Shown: piece after piece, positions 47,162 through 58,942 of the stretch
How positions within the stretch are numbered: the stretch's first letter is position 1
How the letters are laid out: every line of letters starts with the position of its first letter
Source of the DNA: an uncultured Nitrososphaeraceae archaeon
Lineage (GTDB): Archaea > Thermoproteota > Nitrososphaeria > Nitrososphaerales > Nitrososphaeraceae
DNA length: 64,000 nt
Direction of reading: 5' to 3'
Assembly (NCBI GenBank): GCA_963825865.1
Contig: CAWGVG010000026.1
Location: 192,001 to 256,000 of the forward strand
Made by a program: the position numbers and the translations under genes
Notes under the pieces: generated by a model
Seen by the model: only the letters and a program-made list of their open reading frames with translations
Told to the model about the DNA's origin: nothing
Databases searched by the model: none

Positions 47162-47938
47162 TTAATCTAGACCGCCAGTTCCAGAGCGCATCCGTAACAA
47201 TATTTTTTCTACTATGTCTTTATTTCTATCCATATAAGCTGGCGACTCTGCATCTATCCATTCTACGTTCTCACCAATATCATATGAAAAAAGTTTCTCC
47301 ATATTTGTGATTTGATTCAATATATCATAAGATAAATTAAAGTTAGCAAATCCTTCTTTTAATCTCATGTGTAAATATTCAAAAATCCTCTTGCTAAATA
47401 TGTATATGCCAAGTGCTTCTGGTTGTTCGAGTTTTATCCTCTGCTTTTCCATAAACTCTTTGATTTGAGAGTCATTCAAAATAACTCGAGCCGTTTCCTC
47501 GCGTCTGCACTTTCGAACTACAATCATCCCAAAGATTCCTCCACTTTTCACATTTACCTGATGGTACTTCCGAATCATATCTTCTACCTTCAGTGCGCAG
47601 AGGTTATCTGCGAACCATACCAAGAAGCATTCATCTTGTCTAACATATTTTTCAACCTTTAGTAATGAGCCGCCAGTTCCGTTCTTTTTATCTTCAACAA
47701 ATATTATAGATTTACCTATGATAGACTGTTTTCCTTCAAAATAATTAATTATCTGTTTGCCAAAACTATCGAAGTTACATACTATGATTATTTCAGTAAT
47801 TTGGGAAAACTGCGCAAGGTATCTTACGAGATAATCTATTATAGGTCTTCCATCCAAAGGAAACATAGCCTTAGGAAAATAGTCCGTAAAGGGTCTAGCC
47901 CTACTGCCACTCCCTCCTGCCAACAATATTGCCTTCAA
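47162..47938 (-). CDS. nucleotidyltransferase (NTP_transferase, sugar-phosphate type)
   Basis: KAILLAGGSGSRARPFTDYFPKAM, GTGGSL, WFADNL, WIDAE. Confidence 0.9.
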   Translation of the reverse strand: MKAILLAGGSGSRARPFTDYFPKAMFPLDGRPIIDYLVRYLAQFSQITEIIIVCNFDSFGKQIINYFEGKQSIIGKSIIFVEDKKNGTGGSLLKVEKYVRQDECFLVWFADNLCALKVEDMIRKYHQVNVKSGGIFGMIVVRKCRREETARVILNDSQIKEFMEKQRIKLEQPEALGIYIFSKRIFEYLHMRLKEGFANFNLSYDILNQITNMEKLFSYDIGENVEWIDAESPAYMDRNKDIVEKILLRMRSGTGGLD

Positions 47939-48739
47939 CCTTATTTACCTTCTGTTTATCGAAGAAATTAGTAATATATTTTATAATCTCTTATTTGTGG
48001 TACTGTATAGCCTTCTCTAGCGAGAAGTATAATTTTAGCTCTACTTTATGTCAGGATTATTATCTAGAACATGTCATTGCTGTGGATCGGATATGTTAGG
48101 CAGTGTACATTCAGCTGCACGTTTTTCTAAATCAGCCATATCTTTCAGCAGACCGATTGTAGATCCTTCTGTATCGTGGCCTAAGCCACTTCGAAGGTTA
48201 TTATAGACAGTCGCTTCGGGTGTATGTTTGATTGCAGTTTCTTTAAAGGATTGATTCTATGGCTGTGTCAAACTCTTGTCTAAAAGGCATCTGGTTGACC
48301 GATGATTGCACTTGTATCTGGTATTTTGTAGCATATTTCCTCACTGCTCACTTAAAGGCCAAAGATAAGACTAGTATGACCCTTGAACAAATTTGGAATA
48401 TCAACAAGTAGACAAAAGACAACTTCAAGAAGCCATAAATCAAATGTAATACAAAACTAAATGTACAATACATTTCTTGTTTTCATATAGCAAATGATAA
48501 ACCTCTCTCTAAATGCACTTAAAACAAGCATTACATAGTGTCTCCGCCATTAGATACACATGTGACTATGGCAAACAAATGTTAACACTATTCCATCAAA
48601 TCACTATTCCGTTAAAAGGAAATAAAGAAGCATAAATATTTAATCTAATAAAACGGGGTGATCTGATTTAGCAACAATACACAGAGAGCCTACCTTGTTC
48701 AAGCAGGTTAATTATTCACTATCTAAACTTATTCAAGAT

Positions 48740-48898
48740 ATTGAGATCGGAGGACCATTGGTTAACGTGGAAGGGAAGATGATAGGATTAAACATAGCAT
48801 ATATTTCATCTCGTGGAATAGCAATTATAGCAAATAAAGTCAAAACGATCTCCGAACAGCTTGCAAAAGATGGGGAGATTAAGATAGCATGCGCCTAG
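48740..48898 (+). pseudogene. C-terminal fragment of a trypsin-like (HtrA) serine protease
   Basis: GGPLVNVEGKMIGLN...GIAI...EQLAKDGEIK. Confidence 0.65.
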
Positions 48899-49093
48899 AC
48901 GCAAGTGAGATAGTAGTAGCATTCATGGGGCTTGTGTATAACAAAATAACTTCTGTAAACTTAACATGGTTAATTCAAAAATTAATAACACAAATCAGTA
49001 ATAATATTCTACAGTAAAGATGATTCTTACCGGATTCTATAACGATCGTATAGAACATAGCTATGTATCTAATATCTGATAGATAGTTAGGTT

Positions 49094-49710
49094 TCAGGGA
49101 ATTGAGCTGATATTTGCAGTGGTAGTGTATTTCTTTGTATGGAAATCATCAGTTCCAGGTAAAAATAAATTCCAAGCAGTGCCTGCCCAATATGCATCTT
49201 CTAGACTTCTATGGCCACGAAATCCAAAACTATGAAAGCGGTTCGCAGGAAGTTTTTTACTGTTTAAGTATCTTCTCATATAGAAAGCTTGAGTAGCACA
49301 TGCAGATGGAAACCATGCATGCAGCAGCATTGCCTCCCACCAAGTCACACATTCTCCAACACCCTTCACAGTATTTCTAATCTGACAAAATGGTGTTCCT
49401 CTTGGAACCCAATTACCATCAGGGATTGCTTGTATGTTGACAGGCATATAGCCATTTAGGTCGTCAACTATTGTATAGAACAATTCAGATGGAAACCAAA
49501 CATTCATTTCACTTGCATATTGCTCGGCTTCTCTTACATTATTGCATGTTTTCAAAAATATATTCTATAGTCTTGTTAAGACCATAGAGTATCATTGGAC
49601 TATTTCTATTGTAAATATGAGATACTTCCCAGTCAGTATTTATCTTAAAATCCTGATGACACAAATTGTAAACATCAGTTAAAATTACTGGGTTTATCCT
49701 TTCTAATAGA
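49094..49710 (-). pseudogene. nicotinamide phosphoribosyltransferase (NAMPT/NadV-like), 3'-truncated
   Basis: ILTDVYNLCH, MPVNIQAIPDG, WWEAMLLHAWFPSACAT, FHSFGFRG, GTDDF. Ends at SSIP, just before the expected AxEH motif. Confidence 0.75.
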
Positions 49711-50800
49711 ATATTTGCCGTACCGCTTTTATTCTGCCTCTTTAGACATTTTTTCGATCCCCTATCAAGGTACAACGCCTGTATTCTTCATAGGAGTACA
49801 CTTGTATGAGGTGCGTTCATACGTTTAAATCTAATTGTTCAAATATACATCATATATGCATCGCAATGCTAAAGGAAGACCTTTAGTCATTGATCGATAC
49901 TTATCCAAGGATTCGTTTCTTTGAATATTGTTTGCTTTTCTGTAGTCATTATCAATGTTATTTCTCCTACTGCTAGTGTAGATAGCACCGGACACCGTAG
50001 TACCATCTTCAATAATTGTTGGAAATATCTGCTCTTCTAACTTTTGGGTATCACAAGTCAATAGTCTTAGGACATCTTTTATCAGCTTCCAGAGTTCTAT
50101 TTTATAAACATCGATATCAAGGTCTTGATAGTTTGTAGAATATCCCCTGTAAACGCGGGGGAGTTGGATATATTTCCTTTATACCGAATTTGTCTACCCC
50201 TTTCTGAGAAATCGAGCGTGGGTTCCATCAATAAAGTAAGAATTATTTAATCTTATTATTTATTGTTGGAAAGTAACGTAAGTAATTAAGGTGCATATAT
50301 GTAGAAATTGATACGATTAAAATATTATTATATTCCATTTACTTTTCGACAAGTTTGGAATGTTGCATTCATTAATATCATCATTGTCATCATTTGTAAG
50401 ACTAATTATATTTGCATACTAACCACTAACTATTATCTGCATGTAGCTCATTGAATGTATCCCAGTCTTGTGAATTCCAAGCATTATCCAGAGTTATCAT
50501 TAACTCCTTATTTTTCTCTTGGATGCTTATAGTTGCATTAATCGGCATTAAACTAAATAAGGACTTTCGTTAATAACCCAGACACAATTTTTGTAGAAAT
50601 GGGACGTAGTGGCCTTATACAATGACACCAATAATTTTTTGGGTCCAGCAAATAATTTTGAGTCAAAGGAGGAGGCACAAGAATACCTACAGTTATACAA
50701 GAAGAAATTAAATAATCAGATGGACAAATTTGGGAGGAACAAGGTATTTGTTGTTGATGAAGAGAATAAATAATAATAATAATTAGATCTATAGATAGAG

Positions 50801-51031
50801 TTATACCTCCTCTTTAGACCAGTTAGGATGATTTAGGTTCCAGTTCGGCTTATACCCTTCTTTTAAAATTGGAAATCGTTCCACATCCTCATAATACGCG
50901 ATTTCTTCAGCGGTCCAGTCGGACCAGAACGTCCAACTCAATCCTGGGCAAGCATGTTTGTCTAAGTAATCAGTATCATTTCTATCAAGTGCTTCCTGCC
51001 ATTTCTTCTCGTATGCACTACACTTCGCACA
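50801..51031 (-). pseudogene. start-less Trp-rich ORF remnant of unknown origin
   Basis: Open frame CAKCSAYEKKWQEALDRNDTDYLDKHACPGLSWTFWSDWTAEEIAYY...WSKEEV*. Confidence 0.4.
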
Positions 51032-51075
51032 TTACCTAGACTAGATCTAAAACTGAAGGTGCCCTGATTTAAGAA

Positions 51076-51408
51076 ATGAAAAATAACAACAATCATAACA
51101 AAGACAATATGAATAATAATAATATCAATAAGCATCAAAAATCACTGATTTGTATATATACAAACAAAGACAAAAATGAATTTGCTATTGGTTTAAAGGA
51201 TGATGAGCATTTTAGAGCAATGACAAAAGTGGGTGAATTTTATACAAGATTTGTTGATGTGTTAGAACAGGTACTGAATGATGAAAACGAGGTAGACTGG
51301 AAGCAGGCATTAAAGAGATGGATTGCTGCTGCAAAGAAAAATGAATCGATATTTGTTGAAGTGGATCTAAGTGGATGGAATGAAGTAGGAGAAAGGATGA
51401 AAAAATAA
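51076..51408 (+). CDS. hypothetical protein
   Basis: 110-aa ORF with a polyN N-terminus and a globular-looking remainder. Confidence 0.55.
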   Translation: MKNNNNHNKDNMNNNNINKHQKSLICIYTNKDKNEFAIGLKDDEHFRAMTKVGEFYTRFVDVLEQVLNDENEVDWKQALKRWIAAAKKNESIFVEVDLSGWNEVGERMKK

Positions 51409-51545
51409 GAACTGACTCAGATATGTGTTGCAATTAAGCTTCTCTTGATCATGCGGGTTTAGCTATCACATCAGATATCAATGCCTGCTAACTAATATAG
51501 ATTTTGTATTGACTATTTTCTATGCGCTATCACTATTATCATTTA

Positions 51546-52376
51546 TCATAATCTAAAAACACTTTTTGTATTCTTAAACATTAGAAGATCATAGGAATCT
51601 TGACTAAGTTCAAGTTTTTGAACAAAGCTAAGATAAGAGCTCAGATTGGAAATAGGCCAATCGCTTCCAAATAATATACGATGTGGCTCACCTACATAAT
51701 TTAATAGTTCTTTTATTTTATTTATATAATGTATTTCAGCAGATAATGTAAAGTTACCAACAATTAGGCCAGAAATATCTGCGTATACATTTCTATTTTT
51801 GTATACTATTTCTTGGCAATCCGTTATCCAAGGGTTTCCTAAATGACACATTACTATATTTAATTCAGGATTATCCACTGCAACATCATCTACATTCAAA
51901 GGATGAGAATATCTGATCTTAGCTGTATTTGAAAATGCATCTCCAGTATGAATCATAAGTGGAGATCCATACTCAACACACATATCATAAACTCTTTGAT
52001 ACCTTTCATCATATGGATAATAATGTTCATATCCACAATAGAGCTTTATACCTTTAATAAGACCCTCTTTTAGCCATTTTCTATAATTTTCCAAGTCTTC
52101 GTCAGTGTGATTATCAATTGTAAATCCTGCCACAATCCCAAGTTTATTTTCTTTATTACCATCATCATATTTCTTTACTATATCAATAATTTGAGATGTA
52201 GAGGGTCTGTCCACATCAACTTTGTAAGATGAGAGTATAATGGAATAATCAATATTATTATTGTCCATAGATTCAAGTAATGCATTTAACCTCTCTTCTA
52301 ATGAAAGAAATTTTCTCCCACTCTTTTTAATTTCGTCGTAATTATTGAGGTGAACATGGCAATCTGAAATTGGCAT
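51546..52376 (-). CDS. amidohydrolase_2 family metal-dependent hydrolase
   Basis: DCHVH, GIKLY, IHTGD, CHLGNPW, YADISG, ILFGSDWP. Confidence 0.9.
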   Translation of the reverse strand: MPISDCHVHLNNYDEIKKSGRKFLSLEERLNALLESMDNNNIDYSIILSSYKVDVDRPSTSQIIDIVKKYDDGNKENKLGIVAGFTIDNHTDEDLENYRKWLKEGLIKGIKLYCGYEHYYPYDERYQRVYDMCVEYGSPLMIHTGDAFSNTAKIRYSHPLNVDDVAVDNPELNIVMCHLGNPWITDCQEIVYKNRNVYADISGLIVGNFTLSAEIHYINKIKELLNYVGEPHRILFGSDWPISNLSSYLSFVQKLELSQDSYDLLMFKNTKSVFRL

Positions 52377-53621
52377 GTCAACTACCCACCACTAAAGTAT
52401 GTGGGCTTGTAACTACCGAAAAAGGAGGTGCTACAATAGGCTGATTGACTGCAGCCCTAGCCTTGGCAGCAATATTCTTTGCTACAACATAGTCCGCCAT
52501 TTCCTTATAGCCACATTGAAGGCATTCAAATTCATTCCTTGATTTTCTGTTTCTCTGATCTATGTATTCGCATTCAGGGCATTGCCTTGAAGTGTTCTTA
52601 GAACTTACAATCTTCAATCGGACACCTTCATTCTTTGCCTTGTACGTTACAAAGTTCCTCAATTCTCCAAAGCTCCATTTTGAATGCCTGTCTCTTTTGC
52701 TACCTTTGAAGTTAACAGTTGTCCTAGAGCTTGTGCGTATGTTTGTCAAGTCTTCCATCCCTATAGCCCTAGCTGTGCCTTTAGCCTTTGAGACAATGGC
52801 CTTTGATATAACGTGGTTAGCATCTTTCTTGAATCTTCGTTCCTTACCTGATAATTTCTTTAACTTTCTCTTTGCTGATTTAGTCCCTACCTTCTGCAAT
52901 TCCTTTCGTAATTCAGAGTACCTTTTCCTTGATTTCTCAACTTTCTTGCTTTCAAATACCTGCCGATCTGAATCTACTGCTATATTCTCAATTCCTAGAT
53001 CTATACCCAAAACACCTACTGGATCGTATTCATTTGATTTCTCAGGTGCATCAACAACTACAATTAGGTAGAAAATTCCATTTCTATAAATTAAATCAGA
53101 TTGCCCTTTTACCCTGTCAAACCTTGATTTCTGGTACTCGCCTATCCTGGTTGCAAGTTTGATCCTTCCCTTCTGCAATGTCATTATTGATACTTTGTCA
53201 ATTCCTATTTTGGAATTGCGCTGATCGTATTGGATTGCTCCAAGTTCTCTAAAATTGGGCTTGGTTGTTTTATCTCTTTTGTATGCCTCTACAACCTTCC
53301 CCATTATCCTAACAGCGAACTGGGAACTCAGGTTAAACTTCTCTCTTATCTCTCTATATACTTCCTTATGCAGTTTGTATTTGTTAGTTAACTTTAAGAA
53401 AAATGCTTGTTCAGCAACAAAATTGCATGCTTCATTGTATTTTCTCATAGTCTCTAGCAAAGTGATTTTATCTTCTTCTGAAGTTTCAAGCCTGATCGTT
53501 AGGGATTGAAGCAAGTATAATATTGGGAATATCTATCAATAACCCAGTATTTAGCTTTTATCATAGTCTGGAATTCCTCCCACTTCTAAAGAAATGTGGG
53601 TTTCCTTCCCGACAATCTTCA
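52377..53621 (-). mobile_element. IS200/IS605-family tnpB-only (IS1341-like) element
   Basis: Matching subterminal hairpins CCCAC-cactaaagtat-GTGGG (52385-52405) and CCCAC-ttctaaagaaat-GTGGG (53579-53600). Right end ...GGGTAGTTGAC. No tnpA. Left boundary approximate. Confidence 0.8.
52378..53514 (-). CDS. tnpB: RNA-guided endonuclease TnpB
   Basis: RuvC-I GIDLG, RuvC-II IGMEDL, NTSRQCPEC/FECLQCG zinc finger, RuvC-III ADYVVAKNI. Confidence 0.95.
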   Translation of the reverse strand: MLQSLTIRLETSEEDKITLLETMRKYNEACNFVAEQAFFLKLTNKYKLHKEVYREIREKFNLSSQFAVRIMGKVVEAYKRDKTTKPNFRELGAIQYDQRNSKIGIDKVSIMTLQKGRIKLATRIGEYQKSRFDRVKGQSDLIYRNGIFYLIVVVDAPEKSNEYDPVGVLGIDLGIENIAVDSDRQVFESKKVEKSRKRYSELRKELQKVGTKSAKRKLKKLSGKERRFKKDANHVISKAIVSKAKGTARAIGMEDLTNIRTSSRTTVNFKGSKRDRHSKWSFGELRNFVTYKAKNEGVRLKIVSSKNTSRQCPECEYIDQRNRKSRNEFECLQCGYKEMADYVVAKNIAAKARAAVNQPIVAPPFSVVTSPHTLVVGS

Positions 53622-53642
53622 ATGAAATATCTCTAATAATTA

Positions 53643-54300
53643 CTACAAAATCCTGTACTTTGGATTTATCCATTCTATAAAACTAGCATAATTTAAGGAA
53701 TGTTTATCATAAAGATAATTAGGAAGTACCTTAATGAATTTGAAGTCATTTTTTAATTGAAACGATAGAACTGGATCTTTAAGCTTTCTATTTACTACTT
53801 TTTTTGCATATTCTTGAGCTGACATTATTTTTGAATATTTATAATAATCATACAATCGTCCTCCAGCTATTATTCTCCTTAAATTCAGCCTTATCGCTAA
53901 ATTCTTTCTTACATTATACAGCATTGTTGCAATCCCTTTACAGCGAAATTCTGGATGTATAGAAATATCAGCACCATATAGACTATCTGCATTTGGATCA
54001 TGATTTGTAAATAATCCCTGCCCAGTAATATCATACCATGTATGCTCTGCATAGTCAGGATTTAAAGAAACTATTAGGCTGCTTGCTGAACCAACTATTC
54101 TTTCATTAACTTCAGCACAAAACTGACCTTCTGGGAATACGCAAATATGACTTTGAAGGAAAGATGATGGCCATATCATTCCATATGCTGCCATGTCTGG
54201 AAACGATGCTTTTTGCAGCTCGACTACTTTAGAAATGTCTATTTTAGTTATGTTTCTTATTACGATGTCAGTTATAGCGTTTTTTACTTTACAATCAATA
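53643..54300 (-). CDS. GNAT-family acetyltransferase (YkwB-like), start uncertain
   Basis: IVIRNIT..VVELQKASFP, FPEGQF, SLYGADISIHPEFRCKGIATMLY, DPVLSFQLKN, EWINP. Confidence 0.85.
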
Positions 54301-54522
54301 TCTAAATCTCACATTTGCAATTTAACTTGATTGTTATTTATTAATTGTTATTTTAGGTTCTGTATAGTTAGTCAAATATCGCAGCCATAAGAAGCAAAAG
54401 TATGACGTCAGTGATGAAATTTGAATATTTCTGAAGACAAGAAGACTTATGTATCTTTGATAAAATAGATAATACAAGCTTATATTCTGCAGGGTGGATA
54501 AAAATATGCATACATAAAGTAT

Positions 54523-55202
54523 ATGTCAGATTCATTACATCCGCGTGATCTAGGAGTGATCATCAGAAACACACATTCTGAAGATATTCCTAAAATAGTA
54601 GATTTACAAAAAGAATCATTTCCGTATCTTGCTCGTTATGGAAATATATGGCATCCAGAGGAGCTTGAAAGTCATCTTCGCATTTTTCCACAAGGACAAT
54701 TCGTTGCTGTTGAACCAGATGGTATGGTAGTTGGTTCTGCAAGTACTCTGATAGTGTCACTTAACCCAGAATATGCAGAACACACATGGAAAGAGATTAC
54801 TCAGATGGTATGTTTAGAAACCATAATCCTAATGGAGACAGCCTTTATGGTGCAGATATATCTACACATCCAAAACACAGACATGAAGGGATAGGAGGCA
54901 TGTTTTATGATGTAAGAAAGGAATTAGTTATGAAATTGAATCTTAGAAGAATGATAGGTGGAGGAAGGTTATTTAATTATTGTGAATATGCAAACAAGAT
55001 GTCTCCACTAGAATATGCACAGAAAGCGGTTAGAAGGGAATTAAGGGATCCTGTTTTGTCATTTGAGTTAGAGAATGGATTTAAATTTATTAGAATTCTT
55101 CCAAATTACTTAGATGATGTTCGTTCTCTAAATTATGCTAGTTTTATAGAATGGTTAAATCCAAGACACCATCAATCAAAACCCATAGACAGTGGTTTGT
55201 GA
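54523..55202 (+). CDS. GNAT-family acetyltransferase (YkwB-like), divergent paralog, frameshifted
   Basis: FPQGQF, SLYGADISTHPKHRHEGIG, DPVLSFELENGF, EWLNP. Confidence 0.85.
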
Positions 55203-55391
55203 GCAATTTTTGACTAAATTTTAAGGTCCAGAGAGAATATTACTATTATTTATAGCGCTCTCTACAATGGCATAAATAAACCTAAGAATACCTTCGAGTT
55301 TGAAAACACGCTAACACCAAGACTTGGCCAGCTTATGTATATATCGAGTTCTAGTTTTATGACACTATCACAAATATTTGCTTGAATGAGT

Positions 55392-56213
55392 TAGATGTGC
55401 CACTTCCTTTTTTCTGAAAGTATAATATCCTTAATTTCTTTGTTGTCTATTAGTTTATCTATAACCTTAGCACAATCTTCCATATGGATTTTATCATCTG
55501 TTTCAATAACATCAATCAAGCAAACTAGGATAACTCAAACCTCAACTTAAGAACCAATCTTAGACAGACAATATTGTCTATCTTTTTACTCACTCATTCT
55601 TTTCTTATAAATGGCAGGATTTTGTTTAGAATTATAAACTCATGATTTGCTTCTATATTAAACGATATCATCAGAATATTAGCAGTCCCCTTGTTGATGT
55701 TATCTGACTCTTCATGATATCATCATGATGAGACTCATCTAAAAATGCGGATAATACTTTATATTTAGCGTCTTCATTTTTATAGATAAAGGCAATATGT
55801 TCACCTGCTGATATTTCATGAACAAATTGGGTTATTTCATCATAACAAATCTTTTTTATAATATCTCTTATCCCAATATCAGGATTTAGAATGTCTTGTT
55901 CGGTAATTTCTGAGCCTGATAATGCTGCTATAGCCTCTATTAACATTTCTTTTTTAAGATGTCTTAGAATTATCTTTGCACCATAACTTGATATCTTATA
56001 TAATGACTTTTCAAACATGTCATAATTTGTTGTTAATTCTTCTTCTGACAATCCATAGGAAGAAGCTAAATGATTCAATATAACTACAGTAGCGGATTGA
56101 CCAAACAAACTTTCAAAAGATTTTTTGATTGATTCTGAAACTATATGTTCGACTTTGGAAGGAACTGGAGTGTATCCTAACTTGTATAAAACTGTTAGAC
56201 AATCGGAATTCAT
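55392..56213 (-). CDS. DUF3227/NitrOD-like plus MEDS-like signalling protein; 3' part degenerate, end approximate
   Basis: FGQSATVVILNHL..NYDMFEKSL, then EHIAFIYKNE. Paralog of the next gene. Confidence 0.55.
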
Positions 56214-56503
56214 ATTTGTCTATCTTTTACTTTTTTTGCTTATTAATATAAGCTTAATCACTAAACCTTCTAAATGCCGCATTTATCAAAAGAATTTCAA
56301 AAAATACAATAACCGCAACATATGATATAACAAGATAATTCAAATTTGCTTACGTCCTGTAAGTCTTGTTAGCACTATACGAACTGACTTTTTGGTGACA
56401 GTGGTAGCAAGGCGATTCTACTAAATTCGTGTAAATAACACTACTCTCTATTTATCTATCTAATAGTCAAATAGTATTTCCGCTGTAAATTTTGTTTAAT
56501 ATC

Positions 56504-57464
56504 CTACCCTGGGGCTCCATACACTATAAACGGTTCGTCAAGAATAACATAGCCATGGGTAGCAATCATTGCGTCTATGGTTCCATTATTATCAATCTTT
56601 TTGTTAGTATCTTCTGAAATATTATATCCGCAAAGAACAGACATATTGTCTTGTATATGTCTGCCTATTGTTTTTTCAAATCCCATATAATGACGAGCAA
56701 AACCATTTCTCGTCCACCATGTTACATCCTCGCTTGCAATCCTGGTTCCATTATTATTTGCGCTATTTAACCATAATTTACATACTGAACGCAATTTGGT
56801 TACCCAATCAGCTAGTTTCGTTGCTACTACTTCGTCCTCTTGAGATTCCTGTAAAAGCTCTTCATATAATATACTATCGTCAACATATCTAAGAATGTAA
56901 CTAAGATCATTACTAGACTTTTTAGATAATAAAAGACCTTTTGGAGCCTTATTATTTATCTTTGCATCAAAGAATGCAGTTAATATCTTGTTTTTAGAAC
57001 TTTCATTTCTATATAAAAATGCAATATGTTTATGTGAGGGATTTTCATGAATAAATGCTAGTGTTTCAGCTGCACGAATAGGTTTTAGAATATCACCTAT
57101 TGTGAGTCGTGGATTGCGAATCTCGCCTGCTTGCAATAGTTGAATCTATTATTGCAGCGTGTGCTAGGATTTCCTTTTTAATACTAGTAAGAATAGTATT
57201 TCCAGTCTTACCCAATATACTGTTCAATGACTTTTCAAATAATTCATAGTTTGTTAGTAACTCGTATTCTGATATATTATAAAGCGAACACATATTATGC
57301 AATATGGCTTTAGAATATGATTTTCCAATTTGTTCAAGACATTTTTTTGTGGTGTCAGAAATAATTTGTTCAGCTTTAGAAGATATATGGCAGATACCCT
57401 AACTTGTCTAGAATGTTTGAATACCGCTGAAAATGCCGTTCGCTATTAAGGTAGTCGTCGTCAT
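56504..57464 (-). CDS. DUF3227/NitrOD-like plus MEDS-like signalling protein (frameshifted)
   Basis: LLTNYELFEKSL, KHIAFLYRNE, FEKTIG..SVLCGYNI, IATHGYVI. Confidence 0.65.
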
Positions 57465-58084
57465 CATCTACCAACTCATTCCTTTCACGTAGATTTATAG
57501 AGTGTTATGTTATTAAAGTTAGATCATAGCTTTAATGGGTGGTATATAAACTACAAGAATAACGATTTGTTTATACGGGTAGCAACACCTAGCACGAAAT
57601 ATGATGTATGCTTAATATCATAATATACTGAGTATAGTTCACTGGTTAGGATGCACGGCGGTGCGGTGGCTTTTCTAATGAAATCAAGACCTCTAACTGG
57701 AATACCAACCAATTCTGCAAAAGAAGGTAATGCTAATAAATCACATATCTGCTTTAGCGTTTTTCAGTTATTTTATTTATCACATCATGGCGCATTTTTT
57801 CGATTCTAGGTATCAGTTTAGACATTTGTATGGGAAGTGGAGTAAAGGCCGAAAATATGACTCTACATAACTGGCCAGCTAGCCAAACCAGCCCAACTCT
57901 GGTCTTCTTCTAGTCTATTCTTGTGTTTTTAAGCTATATTTCCGCTTCTATTTCCTGTAAGACATACGCTTAGGTGTAGAGGGTATTCCTTAAATCCAAT
58001 ATAAAAAAATTATCTCCTAATAAAGACACATTTAACATAAAATGGCTCAAAGTCTTTTTATTTCACAAAATTATTCTTATCGAT

Positions 58085-58354
58085 ATGCAGAAGACCCCCG
58101 ATATTGGGTGTTATAATCTAAAACACAGAACTGAAGATGAAATAACTGCACTTATTCTTGGAGCTGCCAATAAGTGCACAATGAGAAAAACAAGGTTAAT
58201 GTGTGAAGCATTCTTATCCTACAGCCAGATAGAAGATTATCTAGCACTTTTGAGTGAAAAGGGCCTCTTGGAATATCAAAGAGGAACTATGACGCACAGA
58301 ACGACAGAAAAGGGTAAACATTTCCTGGAAAAAGTATATATGCATGCTAGCTAA
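58085..58354 (+). CDS. winged helix-turn-helix protein (HTH_45-like)
   Basis: RTEDEITALIL..KTRLMCEAFLSYSQIEDYL..TTEKGKHFL. Confidence 0.8.
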   Translation: MQKTPDIGCYNLKHRTEDEITALILGAANKCTMRKTRLMCEAFLSYSQIEDYLALLSEKGLLEYQRGTMTHRTTEKGKHFLEKVYMHAS

Positions 58355-58942
58355 GATTGTGCCCGCCATTTTGTACATAGTTATTAGAACCTTGACATCC
58401 ATTAGAGTCTTGGTCTTCATGAGTTGATGATTATTTATCGAATACGTTGGCTGCGGACTAATATGTTGCTACGATGCCAATGCTCACATTATAGCTGCAA
58501 TAACAGCTGTTTCTGCTTCTGTTAGTGTTATTATCACAGCTACAATATTTTGATACTTTGTAGTTTGTTTTTATTCATCTTTTTTTACAATTTTATCATT
58601 CGTTATACATTCTCAACAGAATGGCTGCGAACGAGAGTCCAGCTAACACAGTTGGAGTCTCAAAGTCAGAGTGCTAAAAAGAGATCCTAAAAAATAATTT
58701 AATATCAAAAACAAAATTTACAAAATAATGGTAAAGGTTAAAAGAATATTCTAAAATACCCGAAGGATTACTATTCTATATTCTATCGTAGTTGGGATAT
58801 GCGAATGTTCTCATTATCTTCTTTTTTAATTAATGCTTTAAAGAATATCAAGATTTATGAAGTAATGCTTTCTCTCCTGTACTTTAGGCACATCCATACC
58901 AATAATCCAGCATTGTTTGTAATTTAAGATTAGAACTATAAT

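Noticed and set aside
52378-53514. Cas12f or nuclease-dead TldR
   Set aside because: No CRISPR array is nearby, IS-end hairpins are present, and the D-E-D RuvC residues are intact.
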